A DNA stretch of 51,777 nt from Candidatus Yanofskybacteria bacterium RIFCSPHIGHO2_12_FULL_45_19b. GTDB lineage: Bacteria; Patescibacteriota; Minisyncoccia; 2-02-FULL-40-12; IGHO2-12-FULL-4. The first letter of the stretch is position 1, and each line of letters starts with the position of its first letter. Under the pieces are notes generated by a model, which saw only the letters and a list, made by a program, of their open reading frames with translations, had not been told where the DNA came from and searched no databases. The stretch is from the NCBI GenBank assembly GCA_001794605.1, contig MGKD01000009.1:1-51777 (forward strand). The letters run 5' to 3'. Of this stretch, positions 36,201 through 45,481 are shown piece by piece. The position numbers were made by a program, and so were the translations under genes.

Positions 36201-36962
36201 CTACTTTTGTTTTTCTTCGGCGAGGAAGCGATGGATGTCAGCAATCGTACCCATCAGTTGAGCGGGGAAGATAATGGTGGAGTTCTTTTCGGTGGCGATT
36301 TCGGCGAGGGTTTGCAGATTACGCAATTGCAGAGCGATTGGATGTGCCATCATAATGTCGGCCGTGTCAGCCAACTTTTGCGCGGAAAGAAACTCGCCTT
36401 CCGCTGAGATAATCTTAGCCCGCTTCTCACGCTCGGCTTCGGCCTGCTTGGCAATGGCGCGTTGCATATCGTCTGGTAGCTGAATATCTTTTATCTCCAC
36501 CGAACTAACCACGACGCCCCAAGACTCAGTAAAAGAGTCAAGAATTTTAGTAATCTCAGCATTAATAGTCTCGCGTTCTGACAAGATTTCATCTAACTGA
36601 AACTTGCCGACAATATTACGGAGAGAGGTTTGCGCGATTTGATCGATCGCGGCCTGCACATCCTGAATGGCCACAATACTCTTTACCACATTCACTATGC
36701 GATAGTAGGCCACAGCAGAAACATCCACTGAGACATTGTCCTTGGTGATAATCTTCTGGGCTGGCACCGGCAAAGTTACCGTGCGTAAATCCACCTTCCG
36801 CAAGCTCTCAAAATACGGAATAATCATATTCAAACCTGGCCCGCGTAAACCAACAATTTTACCAAAACGAAATACCACCCCTTGCTGATACTGCTGAACG
36901 GTGCGCAGCCCTGGCAAGACCAAGAAGACGAAAGCCCCGACGAGATATAGAAAAATATCCAT
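36201..36962 (-). CDS. SPFH/band-7 (stomatin/prohibitin-like) membrane protein
   Basis: N-terminal TM, SPFH core and a C-terminal AEAEREKRAKIISAEGE coiled coil. Confidence 0.9.
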   Translation of the reverse strand: MDIFLYLVGAFVFLVLPGLRTVQQYQQGVVFRFGKIVGLRGPGLNMIIPYFESLRKVDLRTVTLPVPAQKIITKDNVSVDVSAVAYYRIVNVVKSIVAIQDVQAAIDQIAQTSLRNIVGKFQLDEILSERETINAEITKILDSFTESWGVVVSSVEIKDIQLPDDMQRAIAKQAEAEREKRAKIISAEGEFLSAQKLADTADIMMAHPIALQLRNLQTLAEIATEKNSTIIFPAQLMGTIADIHRFLAEEKQK

Positions 36963-37381
36963 ATTGAGTAGTTACCCGACTTTATGCTGAAACAATACAC
37001 CGGAAGATTGTAATAATCAACAAGCTTACGGTTTCGCCTCACCAACCACTTCCGCTTGTGACGTCAGTTTTCCTCCCACGGGACTTCCCAGGGTCGCAGC
37101 GAGAAAACTGACTCGCTCTCGGCTGTGGATTTGGTGCGCGGTGTTTTACTATTATACCGCTTCCCAACCATGCAATCACACAACCGAGAGTGCACCGCGG
37201 AAGGATTGGCAAGGCTCAACTGAAGTGTTTCCATTTTGCCTCGGCTAGCTGTCGGAGGAGATGCAAGCTTGGTCTCTGCCCTGGGCAGAGTTGCGCTCCG
37301 AGAGAGCAGTGAGCGCGAGCCGCAGGAGCGAGCGATTCACGGTAGCAAGAGGCAGAATGGGAACGCTGAGGGCGGAGTGCC
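36963..37381. other. 419-nt GC-rich, stem-rich non-coding spacer between obg and the SPFH gene
   Basis: No credible ORF. Inverted pair CTCTCGGCTGTGG / CACAACCGAGAG, hairpin CTCTGCC-cag-GGCAGAG, and a TTGCATGGTTGG block shared with 24195-24225. Confidence 0.5.
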
Positions 37382-38344
37382 CTATTTAACCTCTTTGATC
37401 TTATTCAGAATAGATTTTAGTTCTGTGAGAGTGGTCTCATCAATTACCGAAATTGGCATCACTGGTTTGCCGATTGCTTTGAGAGCAGATAACCTGGTTT
37501 GCAACTCCTCGACTGAAACCATGTCGCTTTTACTTAAGAAGATATATTCAGTTTTCTCGGCTAGCTTGGCGCTATAGGTCTCCAGTTCTTTTCTCACTAT
37601 TTTATAACCTGCCAGCGGATCGACTGATTCTGCCGAAATCAAATGAAACAATGTCTTAGTACGTTCAATGTGTTGGAGAAATTTAACCCCCAAACCCTTA
37701 CCAGCTGAAGCACCTTCAATAATTCCCGGAATATCGGCCAAGACCAGCTCGTAATAAACGCCGAGGTTGGGCTCAAGAGTAGTAAAGGGATAATTGGCCA
37801 CTTTGCTTTTAGCGCGAGTCAGCTCGTTCAGTAGACTCGATTTGCCGACATTGGGCAAGCCGATCAAGCCAACATCAGCAATTAGTTTTAACTCCAGTTT
37901 AACCGTAAACTCCTCACCCGCTTTGCCATATTCAAAATCTTTGGGACTAGTATTGGTAGGCGAACGGAATTGAAAGTTGCCACGCCCGCCTTTACCACCA
38001 CGGGCAATCAAAGTTTGTTCGCCAATTTTTATTACTTCAGTGGTTTCGCCATTATCTAAATCAGTTATCACCGTGCCGATCGGTAGTTTAATAATAGTAT
38101 TTTTACCCCCTGGGCCATCTACCGATTGGCCACTACCATTACCACCATCGCCGGCTTTAACTGATTTAATGTTCCTGAATTGGACCAGCGCGCTTAAATC
38201 GGAGACGCCTTCGGCATAAATATCACCACCCTTGCCGCCATCGCCACCGACTGGGCCAAGACTCATTAGGTTAGAATTGAAAGCGACTTTGCCGCCGCCG
38301 CCCTTACCCGCCTTAACTTTAATTGTGACATTGTCGATTAACAT
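37382..38344 (-). CDS. obg: GTPase Obg (short, no C-terminal domain)
   Basis: Gly-rich Obg fold (GGKGGGGKV, GGDGGKGGD) and G1 GLPNVGKSSLL. Confidence 0.95.
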   Translation of the reverse strand: MLIDNVTIKVKAGKGGGGKVAFNSNLMSLGPVGGDGGKGGDIYAEGVSDLSALVQFRNIKSVKAGDGGNGSGQSVDGPGGKNTIIKLPIGTVITDLDNGETTEVIKIGEQTLIARGGKGGRGNFQFRSPTNTSPKDFEYGKAGEEFTVKLELKLIADVGLIGLPNVGKSSLLNELTRAKSKVANYPFTTLEPNLGVYYELVLADIPGIIEGASAGKGLGVKFLQHIERTKTLFHLISAESVDPLAGYKIVRKELETYSAKLAEKTEYIFLSKSDMVSVEELQTRLSALKAIGKPVMPISVIDETTLTELKSILNKIKEVK

Positions 38345-38371
38345 ACGAGGTCATTATACCTTATTTAAAAT

Positions 38372-38419
38372 AAAAAGCGGGGGAGCCCCACACCTCTTGT
38401 GAGATGCGAGGACTCCCCC
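38372..38419 (-). terminator. rho-independent terminator upstream of the obg promoter
   Basis: GGGGGAGTCCTCGCATCTCACAAGAGGTGTGGGGCTCCCCC then GCTTTTTATTTT, followed by TATAAT 8 nt before the obg ATG. Confidence 0.65.
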
Positions 38420-38530
38420 AACCGCCGGCGCGGCGGATCAGTCCATCCAATAGATCGGCAAGTATCATACCTACTAAGATTAAGCACTCCATGGCTTACT
38501 CCTTTCTTTGTCCGATGGTGAATTCGTATT

Positions 38531-39572
38531 TGAATCCGAACACTTGTATTCTGATGGTATGAAAAAAGCGGTCGCATCTCTCCAAATCTGAACGCATTGA
38601 AATCGCTCTCCTGAAGCGGAAGCGGTATTCGATCAGAGGCGTTGCTGACGCATTAGGCCGCTCGATCTCAACGATCAGCGATGAGCTAAAGCGTAATCGG
38701 GTGCGGGGGCGCTACATCGCTGACAAAGCCCACCACAAAGCATATGTCCGAAGACATGAAGCAAAGTATCAGGGTATGAAGATCGTGTAGCATCGGAAAC
38801 TTCAAGCGTATGTGGAGCAGGAACTCTACGATGACCAATCACCGGAGGCCATCGCGGGGTTCTTGCAAATACGGCAACGAAAGTTGCCGTATTTATCCAA
38901 GGACAGCATCCGCAGATACATTACGAGTCCCTATGGTAGATGGGTCGAATATCATCGGAGCAAGGTCAAGCGAAATCGAAGAAGAACGAAGCCACGAACC
39001 AAGCCCTGGAAAGACCGGGTATTCATTGATCGAAGACCCGCATCTATCAATGCTCGCAGACAGATTGGGCATGCAGAAGCGGATTTCATCGTCTCGGGAA
39101 AGTTCAGGTAGTGGTATCCTGCTGGTGATTGTAGACCGGAAGCTACGTGTTGCATTTCTCGAGCAGATACTCAGGCCTTCGGTTGTAAATGTCACCACGG
39201 CCATGCTCAAAATCAAAGAGCGATATCCGGAATGGAAGAGTATGACCACGGACAACGACATCCTGTTTTCAGACCACCCTGTCATGGCTCAGAAGCTTGG
39301 AGTCACCAGCTACTTCTGTTTCCCCGGCCATGCGTGGGAGAAGGGATCAATCGAGAATGCAAACAAATGGATACGGAGATACATTGCTAAAAGCAGTGAT
39401 ATTTCCCGCTACTCAAAACGGTTTGTTAGAAACCTGGAGGAGAAGATGAATCGCAGAATCATGAAAACACTGAACTACTATCGACCAGGAGAATTGCTAA
39501 AACAATACCGAAAACGCAAACAGCGCTTACGCGCTGTTGAGAGTTAGAAGAAAAGAAGTGTTCGGATTGAGG
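38531..39572 (+). mobile_element. IS30-family insertion sequence, decayed copy
   Basis: Inverted ends TGAATCCGAACACTT (38531-45) and AAGTGTTCGGATTGA (39558-72) match 14/15. Size about 1.04 kb. The internal transposase carries IS30-type motifs. Confidence 0.8.
38559..39547 (+). pseudogene. IS30-type DDE transposase, disrupted three times
   Basis: HTH part HLSKSERIEIALLKRKRYSIRGVADALGRSISTISDELKRN, then GHAEADFIV, MTTDNDILF and HAWEKGSIENANKWIRRY. Disrupted by a frameshift in the A6 run after the ATG (38559), an in-frame TAG at 38788-38790 and a frameshift near 39100. Confidence 0.8.
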
Positions 39573-39664
39573 CCTGTATGTGCCGATTGATTTAAGTTAT
39601 TATCCTAGCACACAAAACCCTGTCTAGTCAACAGTCTGGGGGTAAATTCGGTAAAGCTTGCCGA

Positions 39665-39826
39665 CTAAAGAAAACCTAGCAGTTTGTAGATGATAATGGC
39701 TGGCCAGACGAGCGCCTTGAGAAAACCAATTAATATTGCTAACAGCGAGCCAGCGGTTTGGACGTAATAAATTAACGCACCGATAAATCCTAACCCGTAC
39801 ACTGCACTAGAAGTTCCATTGCCCAT
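39665..39826 (-). CDS. small two-TM membrane protein (53 aa; below ORF-track cutoff)
   Basis: MGNGTSSAVYGLGFIGALIYYVQTAGSLLAILIGFLKALVWPAIIIYKLLGFL. The YGLGFIGA...KA.VWPA pattern recalls a widespread small membrane protein family. Confidence 0.55.
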   Translation of the reverse strand: MGNGTSSAVYGLGFIGALIYYVQTAGSLLAILIGFLKALVWPAIIIYKLLGFL

Positions 39827-39872
39827 ATGTTTTTTAATTTAGTTATTTACCGACATGAATATCTTACGAAAA

Positions 39873-40397
39873 CTACTTTTTAATTTCAACTAGCTGTCTG
39901 CCTTGAACTTGGAAATATTTAGAAACGCCCACTGATGGATCGACCGAAAATGTTTCGTCTGGTTTGCGGTCAGCATAATTCAGAATAATTTCGTCATTAC
40001 GCCATTCCGTACTCTGTGGAGCAACTCGATCACCGAAAGCAAGCCCGTTGGTACCGACGTAGCCGTCTGCAGTTTTTAGCGCTACCACCAGATAGTAAAA
40101 TACACCGGTGCCTCCCCCGCCCTGCGTTAAAATAAAAGCGGCGTCTTGCGTGCCATCGTTGTTAAAATCCCCAGTTACATCATTGCCAAAATACTCAGTA
40201 GTTACTATCTCCACTGAATCCGGTGCGGCTTCGGTTTCATAACTACCATCTTTCAGCGGAATTGACTCGCCTTCAATTTCGTAGGCAATATTTTTGGGAT
40301 CATTTATCACCGTAGCCACTGGGGTAGATTTTTTAAACCAAAGCCACCCAGCGATTAGTACTAAAATTAGAGCGAACAATAAAATAAATTTTTTCAT
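39873..40397 (-). CDS. secreted/anchored hypothetical protein with FG-GAP-like Ca-binding loop
   Basis: Signal/TM MKKFILLFALILVLIAGWLWF and DVTGDFNNDGTQDAAF. Confidence 0.5.
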   Translation of the reverse strand: MKKFILLFALILVLIAGWLWFKKSTPVATVINDPKNIAYEIEGESIPLKDGSYETEAAPDSVEIVTTEYFGNDVTGDFNNDGTQDAAFILTQGGGGTGVFYYLVVALKTADGYVGTNGLAFGDRVAPQSTEWRNDEIILNYADRKPDETFSVDPSVGVSKYFQVQGRQLVEIKK

Positions 40398-40400
40398 ACT

Positions 40401-41318
40401 TTAGTCTGTTACTTTCCTACTAACTAACTTTAACAAAGCCATACGAATTAACAAGCCGTAGCGAGCCTGTTTGAAGTAAGCGGCCTGGGGTAGCGCATCT
40501 ACTTCTTCTAAAATTTCATCGACCCGTGGCAGGGGATGCATAATGATTGCGTTCGGACGCATTCGCTTGGCTAATTTGACATCTATTTGGTAACAACCCT
40601 TAAACTTTTTGTACTCTTGCTCGCTGGTAAACCGCTCTTTCTGAATACGGGTCTGGTACAGCACATCAATCTTGTTGATAATAGATTCTAAATCTTCAAT
40701 CTCCTCGTAGGCGATGTGGTGTTTATCTAAATGTTCCTTGATATCATCCCCTACTTTTAGTTCGAGCGGCGAGACAAAATATATTTTTACTTTTTCATAC
40801 TTACCTAATAAATAAGCGAGAGAACGAATGGTGCGGCCATGTTTCAAATCCCCTACTAAAGCAATTTTTACGCCAACAATTTTACCCAGCTCGCGCTTAA
40901 TGGTGTACAGGTCTAATAAAGCTTGGGTCGGGTGTTGGCCGGTACCATCACCGGCATTAATAATTGGCACTTTGGATATTAGCGCCGCTCGTTCCGAGGC
41001 ACCTTTTTCGTAATGACGCAAAACAATAATATCCGCATAGTTATTAATCACGCGAATTGAATCTTCCAAAGTTTCACCCTTAGCGGCGGAGGAAAACTCT
41101 CTAGCATTCTCGGTAGTAATCACGCTACCACCCAAACGCAACATCGCCGACTCAAAAGAAAACCGAGTTCTGGTACTCGGTTCGTAGAATAGCGATGCCA
41201 TGATCTTTCCTTTCATGGACTGGTCGGTTTTCTTTTCTAATTTATCCGCCAGTGAAAAAATTTGGCTAAGTAACTTTTGGTCAAACTGTTGCGATTCGAG
41301 CACGTGTTTCAATTTCAT
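40401..41318 (-). CDS. pyrB: aspartate carbamoyltransferase catalytic subunit
   Basis: EPSTRTRFSFE, HPTQALLD and HPLPRV. Confidence 0.95.
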   Translation of the reverse strand: MKLKHVLESQQFDQKLLSQIFSLADKLEKKTDQSMKGKIMASLFYEPSTRTRFSFESAMLRLGGSVITTENAREFSSAAKGETLEDSIRVINNYADIIVLRHYEKGASERAALISKVPIINAGDGTGQHPTQALLDLYTIKRELGKIVGVKIALVGDLKHGRTIRSLAYLLGKYEKVKIYFVSPLELKVGDDIKEHLDKHHIAYEEIEDLESIINKIDVLYQTRIQKERFTSEQEYKKFKGCYQIDVKLAKRMRPNAIIMHPLPRVDEILEEVDALPQAAYFKQARYGLLIRMALLKLVSRKVTD

Positions 41319-41401
41319 ATATTTTCAATATAGAAAATAAGCGGGTGTGGGTCAAATAGGTATCCCACCTGGCCAGCGTATTACTAAAAATCGATAAGGA
41401 C

Positions 41402-41440
41402 AAAAAAAAAGAGGCCTGTTCGGATTTCCAAACAGGCCCT
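41402..41440 (-). terminator. rho-independent terminator after purB
   Basis: GGCCTGTTTGGaaatCCGAACAGGCC followed by T9 on the minus strand. Confidence 0.8.
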
Positions 41441-41458
41441 GGTGGCTTTTCGCCAACC

Positions 41459-42934
41459 CTAACGTGTTGACTGACTCTTGAGGTAAGCCTCAGCACTATC
41501 GGCGACCTCGCGAGCTTTCGCCGTAGCGGCACCGGTATAATTCTCTGGTCGATACAGCATGAAAAGCATCTCCGGTGGAATATTGCTCCACACCTGGTCT
41601 GCCGACTCCTGCTGAAGCGCCCACTGTGTTGCATTAAGAAGCGAAACTCCGTTCTGCCTTGAGTGTGGTATGGCGATATGATTTACCAACTCATGGGCAT
41701 CGCCATTGTAGCCGGCCATCTGTAGTGCGATATAGATTGGTTCAGCAAGGATGGTGTCACCTTGGGCTTCGAAGTTGCGTTTGAGCGCCACTTCATCAAG
41801 CGAAATGCGCGAGATGAACGGCTTACCGCCTACTTCCCGCAGTAAGGTGTTAAGCTGGCTAACTAGGTTGACTACAATCGTCGGAAAGTCCCGCATGATT
41901 GGACTACCAACCAAGTCGCGTTGATGCTCACTCGTCATGCACTCGAGTACCTTACCAAACTCGATCTTGTTCTTTTTCCATGTCCCTTCAAGGTTTTCGA
42001 AATTAATCGGGTTCCGTTTGTGAGCCATGGTTGATGAGCCAACCTGTCCTTTCTCAAATGGTTCGCCAAGCTCCGCGATCTCTGTCCGCATCAAGTTCCG
42101 GCCATCCAGACCAAATTGGCCGAAAACGGCAGAGAGTTTGATGCAAGAGAACAAGTAATCGGCGAGCGGTTCCGGCGGAAGAATCTGGGTGCTAATCGGT
42201 GCAGCTTTGAGACCGAGTCTGCGGAGCACAAGTCCTTCGAACGTCTGCGGAACAGTATAACCGATTTCTTCACCCTGCTCTTTGTTGATGGCCAATTTGG
42301 CAAGTTTTTCGAATCCCAAGCCAATCTGCGCATTGTATGCACCAACTGCTCCAGAGATTTTCCCCACCAATTTATCCGCAGCACTGCTGGCACTTTGGAT
42401 GTCGGTAAGGATTCGGCTGAGGATCGTTGCGAACCAGAAGCCAACAGTGATGGGCAGCGCGTGCTGGCCATGAGTTCGGCCAATCTGAGGCTGAAGCGCG
42501 AACAAGTTGACTTCTTCGATAAAATGGCCGATCACCTTGTCGGTGAGTCGCTTCACCACTTCGTGTCCACGCACGAACTGTAGAGCTCGAGCGGTGTCGA
42601 GTGCATCGTAGCTTGTAAGCGGAACGTGGATCCAGCGGCGAAGAATTGGATCCATCTTGCTTTGAGCAATCCGCACCCAGGCACGAATGTCATGCTTGGT
42701 CACTTTGCGTTCCACATCATCAACATCAGTTGTTGAAATGGTGAGGAGTTCTTGTTCAACAGCAGAAGTGAGTGACGCAATGTCGGCTTCAGCAATGACT
42801 CCAATTTCAGCCAACGTTTTCATCGTTGCGATTTCGACTTCAGCAACAGTCCGAAACAAATTGTCGTATCCAAAGACTGGTTGCAGATCCTTCGGCTGAT
42901 ACCGAGGATTTCCCGGAAGTGACAAATTTCCCAT
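41459..42934 (-). CDS. purB: adenylosuccinate lyase
   Basis: Fumarate-lyase signature GSSTMAHKRNPINFEN; 491 aa, longer than the typical enzyme. Confidence 0.85.
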   Translation of the reverse strand: MGNLSLPGNPRYQPKDLQPVFGYDNLFRTVAEVEIATMKTLAEIGVIAEADIASLTSAVEQELLTISTTDVDDVERKVTKHDIRAWVRIAQSKMDPILRRWIHVPLTSYDALDTARALQFVRGHEVVKRLTDKVIGHFIEEVNLFALQPQIGRTHGQHALPITVGFWFATILSRILTDIQSASSAADKLVGKISGAVGAYNAQIGLGFEKLAKLAINKEQGEEIGYTVPQTFEGLVLRRLGLKAAPISTQILPPEPLADYLFSCIKLSAVFGQFGLDGRNLMRTEIAELGEPFEKGQVGSSTMAHKRNPINFENLEGTWKKNKIEFGKVLECMTSEHQRDLVGSPIMRDFPTIVVNLVSQLNTLLREVGGKPFISRISLDEVALKRNFEAQGDTILAEPIYIALQMAGYNGDAHELVNHIAIPHSRQNGVSLLNATQWALQQESADQVWSNIPPEMLFMLYRPENYTGAATAKAREVADSAEAYLKSQSTR

Positions 42935-43017
42935 AGCTTGCTCCTTTTGTTTTTAAGTTAAAGATCTTTCATGTGTCTAGGCCATACTAGGCAAAAATAC
43001 AGAAAAAGCAACTTTAT

Positions 43018-43070
43018 AAAAACAAAGGCCCCGGCCAAACGGAAGCGTGGGGCTTCCGTTTGGCCGGGGC
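43018..43070 (-). terminator. strong rho-independent terminator (19-bp GC-rich stem)
   Basis: GCCCCGGCCAAACGGAAGC-cccac-GCTTCCGTTTGGCCGGGGC then CTTTGTTTTT. Confidence 0.8.
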
Positions 43071-43074
43071 AAAA

Positions 43075-43668
43075 CTAGAATCCGAGTGGTGGAGGGGCGT
43101 TAAGATCCCACAGCATCGCTGGCTGGTGCCAGGCCTTATGGAGAACGGTGTAGAAAATCGCACCGTCCCGAATCAGCTGTTCTGCGAAAGCCTGGAAGTT
43201 TTCCTCCGCTTCCGGTTGGGCCAATGGCCCGTACTCACGTAGCAGTTCCACCACTGGAACTGCTACCTCCATCCCATCGTGAGGAACCGAATGCCCCCAA
43301 ATGGGGTGTATCTCTCCATCCACCTCAACATCAACCCGGATGTTGGGGGAGTTAACGTGATGACCAGCTAAGGCCATTTCCACCAGGAGCGGTCGCACGG
43401 TTATCTTCCGCCGACCCACGGCCTGTCCACCGATCGGCCCTTCAATTGAGTTCTCAGTGGCGCCCTCGGTTAAACTTCCGAAGGCAAGACCAAAAACTCC
43501 CCCGTCTTTCTCCAGCGTCACCATGACGCCAGACTCAATGACTCGCAACGATTTGCAAACCCCGAGTGCGTCCTCCAGCCCAGGGTTATCTTTGTGAGTA
43601 ATGTGTACTAATCTACCCACAAAGATGTTGGACAACTTATTTTGAAAAACAAGCTTCGACTGAGGCAT
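43075..43668 (-). CDS. hypothetical protein (GC-rich gene, ~197 aa)
   Basis: Start set to ATG 43668, preceded by AAAGGAAG. His-rich patches (GHHVNSPN, WGHSVPHDG); no family recognised. Confidence 0.5.
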   Translation of the reverse strand: MPQSKLVFQNKLSNIFVGRLVHITHKDNPGLEDALGVCKSLRVIESGVMVTLEKDGGVFGLAFGSLTEGATENSIEGPIGGQAVGRRKITVRPLLVEMALAGHHVNSPNIRVDVEVDGEIHPIWGHSVPHDGMEVAVPVVELLREYGPLAQPEAEENFQAFAEQLIRDGAIFYTVLHKAWHQPAMLWDLNAPPPLGF

Positions 43669-43722
43669 GGATTCTTCCTTTCTTTTATCATTTTCATTCA
43701 AAGATCTGGTTAGACCAAATTT

Positions 43723-43989
43723 TCAAATTCCTTCCTTTGGCAACCAGCCTCGTCTTTCCATACGTTCGCAGGGAGTGCACAGCCGGGGGCGGGGTGGTTG
43801 ATAATCTTCAGGAAGAACGATCTCCCCTTTGCAGACGTCGCACTGAAAGTACATCGACGAACCCGCCCGGAGAGAGGAGTTGTCTACCGGCTTTTTGTTT
43901 TTGTTCTCCTCCTTCCTTTTTGCCAGAGCAGCAAGCGCGGTTTTCTTTTCTCTCTGCTCGTCACTCACGGGACTCACTGGTTTGGTCAT
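43723..43989 (-). CDS. small zinc-ribbon protein (88 aa)
   Basis: AGGAGG 4 nt before ATG 43989. C-terminal CDVCKGE...LCTPCERM (CxxC-x18-CxxC). Confidence 0.5.
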   Translation of the reverse strand: MTKPVSPVSDEQREKKTALAALAKRKEENKNKKPVDNSSLRAGSSMYFQCDVCKGEIVLPEDYQPPRPRLCTPCERMERRGWLPKEGI

Positions 43990-44128
43990 GTGACCTCCTG
44001 GGTTAGTAATGTGCTTGAAGCTGTGACAATACCATGCGACAAAGGAACAGTCAATCGGCTCAATTCCTGCCATTTGAGCTGATGGGTTACTGAGTGGTGG
44101 GTGTGATTTGTATTTCGTCAATCATAAA

Positions 44129-44332
44129 TTAAGCCGCTATCTTTTTGGCCGTATACTCTTCGTGAATCTTCTTAATCAACAAGTAAACCTGATCCACCAT
44201 TTTGGCCAACTCTTCTGCCGTCAGCTTTTTGGCTCCTGGACTTAACTCTAACGCCATCAGAATTTTCTGCTTATCCTTAACGACCTCGGCCGACTCATCC
44301 TCTACCCAGGTAAATTTTTCTGATTTGTTCAT
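44129..44332 (-). CDS. hypothetical small helical protein (67 aa)
   Basis: Clean ORF upstream of the zinc-ribbon gene. Confidence 0.4.
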   Translation of the reverse strand: MNKSEKFTWVEDESAEVVKDKQKILMALELSPGAKKLTAEELAKMVDQVYLLIKKIHEEYTAKKIAA

Positions 44333-44356
44333 AATAAAAGGTTTTTAGTCTGATTT

Positions 44357-45184
44357 TTACCAGCAGATTTCGGGATCCTCGCCAATCTTTTCTTTTAGAT
44401 ATCTTTTAACTTCAGTTTGACCGCCGATTTTATCAATTAATTTATTCTGCAATGCCATCGTGCCGAGCATTGAAGAGCCATCGGCTAATTTTCTAACCTC
44501 CTCCAATGGAATACTCCGATTATGGGCCACGTCACTAATAAAATTATCCAGCATAATATCTAAATCTCTTTGGAAAAGTTTCCGCTCTTCAGCCGTCAAT
44601 GGCTTATTGGGATCGCCAGCATTTTTGAATTTACCGGTATTAAGTTCGATAAATTCTAGGCCATTTTGGGTGTTCTGGTTAACATTCTGCAGATAAGACA
44701 TGGTGACACCAATTCCACCAACATCCGAATTGGCTGAAGCAAAGATGGTTTTAGCACCAGTGGCTGACCAGTAGGCCGCCGACACTCCGCTCTCTCTAAT
44801 CTGGGCAACAGTGGGCTTGGTAGAATATTTAAGGGCATTGGCAATCTCTTCAGCCGCCACTCCTGAACCACCAGGAGAATCAACCTCTAAGAGTATCGCC
44901 TTAACCTTGGGATCGCTTTCGGCCTCTTGGATGGTGTTGACGATTTCCTCGGATGAAGTTTGATCTACCGGCTCTTCTTCGGTTTCACCCCCTAACCGAT
45001 AGGTCACGAGTTCCCCACGCAGTTCAATCCCCCAGACATTACAGCCATAGTCAGCTGAGGTTGAATCGGACCCGGGTTTAGCGGACTCGGACGGCTCATC
45101 GGGATAAAGTACCACCCAAAATAACACCGCCAGCAAAAACAGCGCGATGAAAAGCTTAAACCAGTTTTCTTTTAGCCAAGACAT
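44357..45184 (-). CDS. sppA: signal peptide peptidase SppA, 36K type (S49)
   Basis: N-terminal TM; LLEVDSPGGSGVAAEEI, SGVSAAYW, GGIGV. Confidence 0.85.
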   Translation of the reverse strand: MSWLKENWFKLFIALFLLAVLFWVVLYPDEPSESAKPGSDSTSADYGCNVWGIELRGELVTYRLGGETEEEPVDQTSSEEIVNTIQEAESDPKVKAILLEVDSPGGSGVAAEEIANALKYSTKPTVAQIRESGVSAAYWSATGAKTIFASANSDVGGIGVTMSYLQNVNQNTQNGLEFIELNTGKFKNAGDPNKPLTAEERKLFQRDLDIMLDNFISDVAHNRSIPLEEVRKLADGSSMLGTMALQNKLIDKIGGQTEVKRYLKEKIGEDPEICW

Positions 45185-45205
45185 AGTATTAACTAATAAA
45201 TACTC

Positions 45206-45481
45206 CTAATGAATCGCAACAATACATCTATTGCCCGACCCGTGTCGAGATTCTTGGGTACTGGCAATTTTAAATTCTGTCTTACAGATAATAATACTCG
45301 CTCTTTTGTCAGTAATATATTCGGCGATATTTTTTAAGAACAAAATATCAATTTTTCCAAACTCTTCAATTATAGCCTCTAGCGTAAGCTCCCAAGCACC
45401 TTTATACTTCTTCAAAAAAGTTCTAATGAAATGTCTTTCGGTAAAAAATTCAAAAATAACCTGATACCTAGTACAGCTCAT
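45206..45481 (-). CDS. 91-aa ORF translationally coupled to the HTH-Panacea gene; candidate toxin (unclassified, RelE/HigB-like tail)
   Basis: Its ATG (45479-81) lies inside the last codons of the upstream gene, a 14-nt overlap. KTEFKIASTQESRHGSGNRCIVAIH loosely resembles the GKSGGYRVIY strand of RelE/HigB toxins. Confidence 0.5.
   Translation of the reverse strand: MSCTRYQVIFEFFTERHFIRTFLKKYKGAWELTLEAIIEEFGKIDILFLKNIAEYITDKRASIIICKTEFKIASTQESRHGSGNRCIVAIH

Noticed and set aside
36963-37381. RNase P RNA, tmRNA or SRP RNA identity for the GC-rich spacer
   Set aside because: I looked on both strands for GAGGAAAGTCC and ACAGAA.CCGGCTTA (RNase P), GGGG...TTCGA...CCACCA ends (tmRNA), and GGAA-tetraloop/AGCAGCC (SRP). 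Only loose resemblances were found (GGGAAGTCCCGTGGGAGGAAAAC, CCGCGGAAGGATTGGCAAGG), so no assignment is made.
38788-38790. In-frame TAG in the IS30 transposase as evidence for an alternative genetic code
   Set aside because: TAG, TAA and TGA all terminate well-supported genes in the window, and the same gene also has two frameshifts. Ordinary pseudogenisation is the simpler explanation.
43990-44121. Longer 132-aa version of the zinc-ribbon ORF
   Set aside because: An internal ATG at 43989 is preceded by a perfect AGGAGG, whereas the upstream extension has no RBS. The shorter product is preferred, though the long form cannot be excluded.
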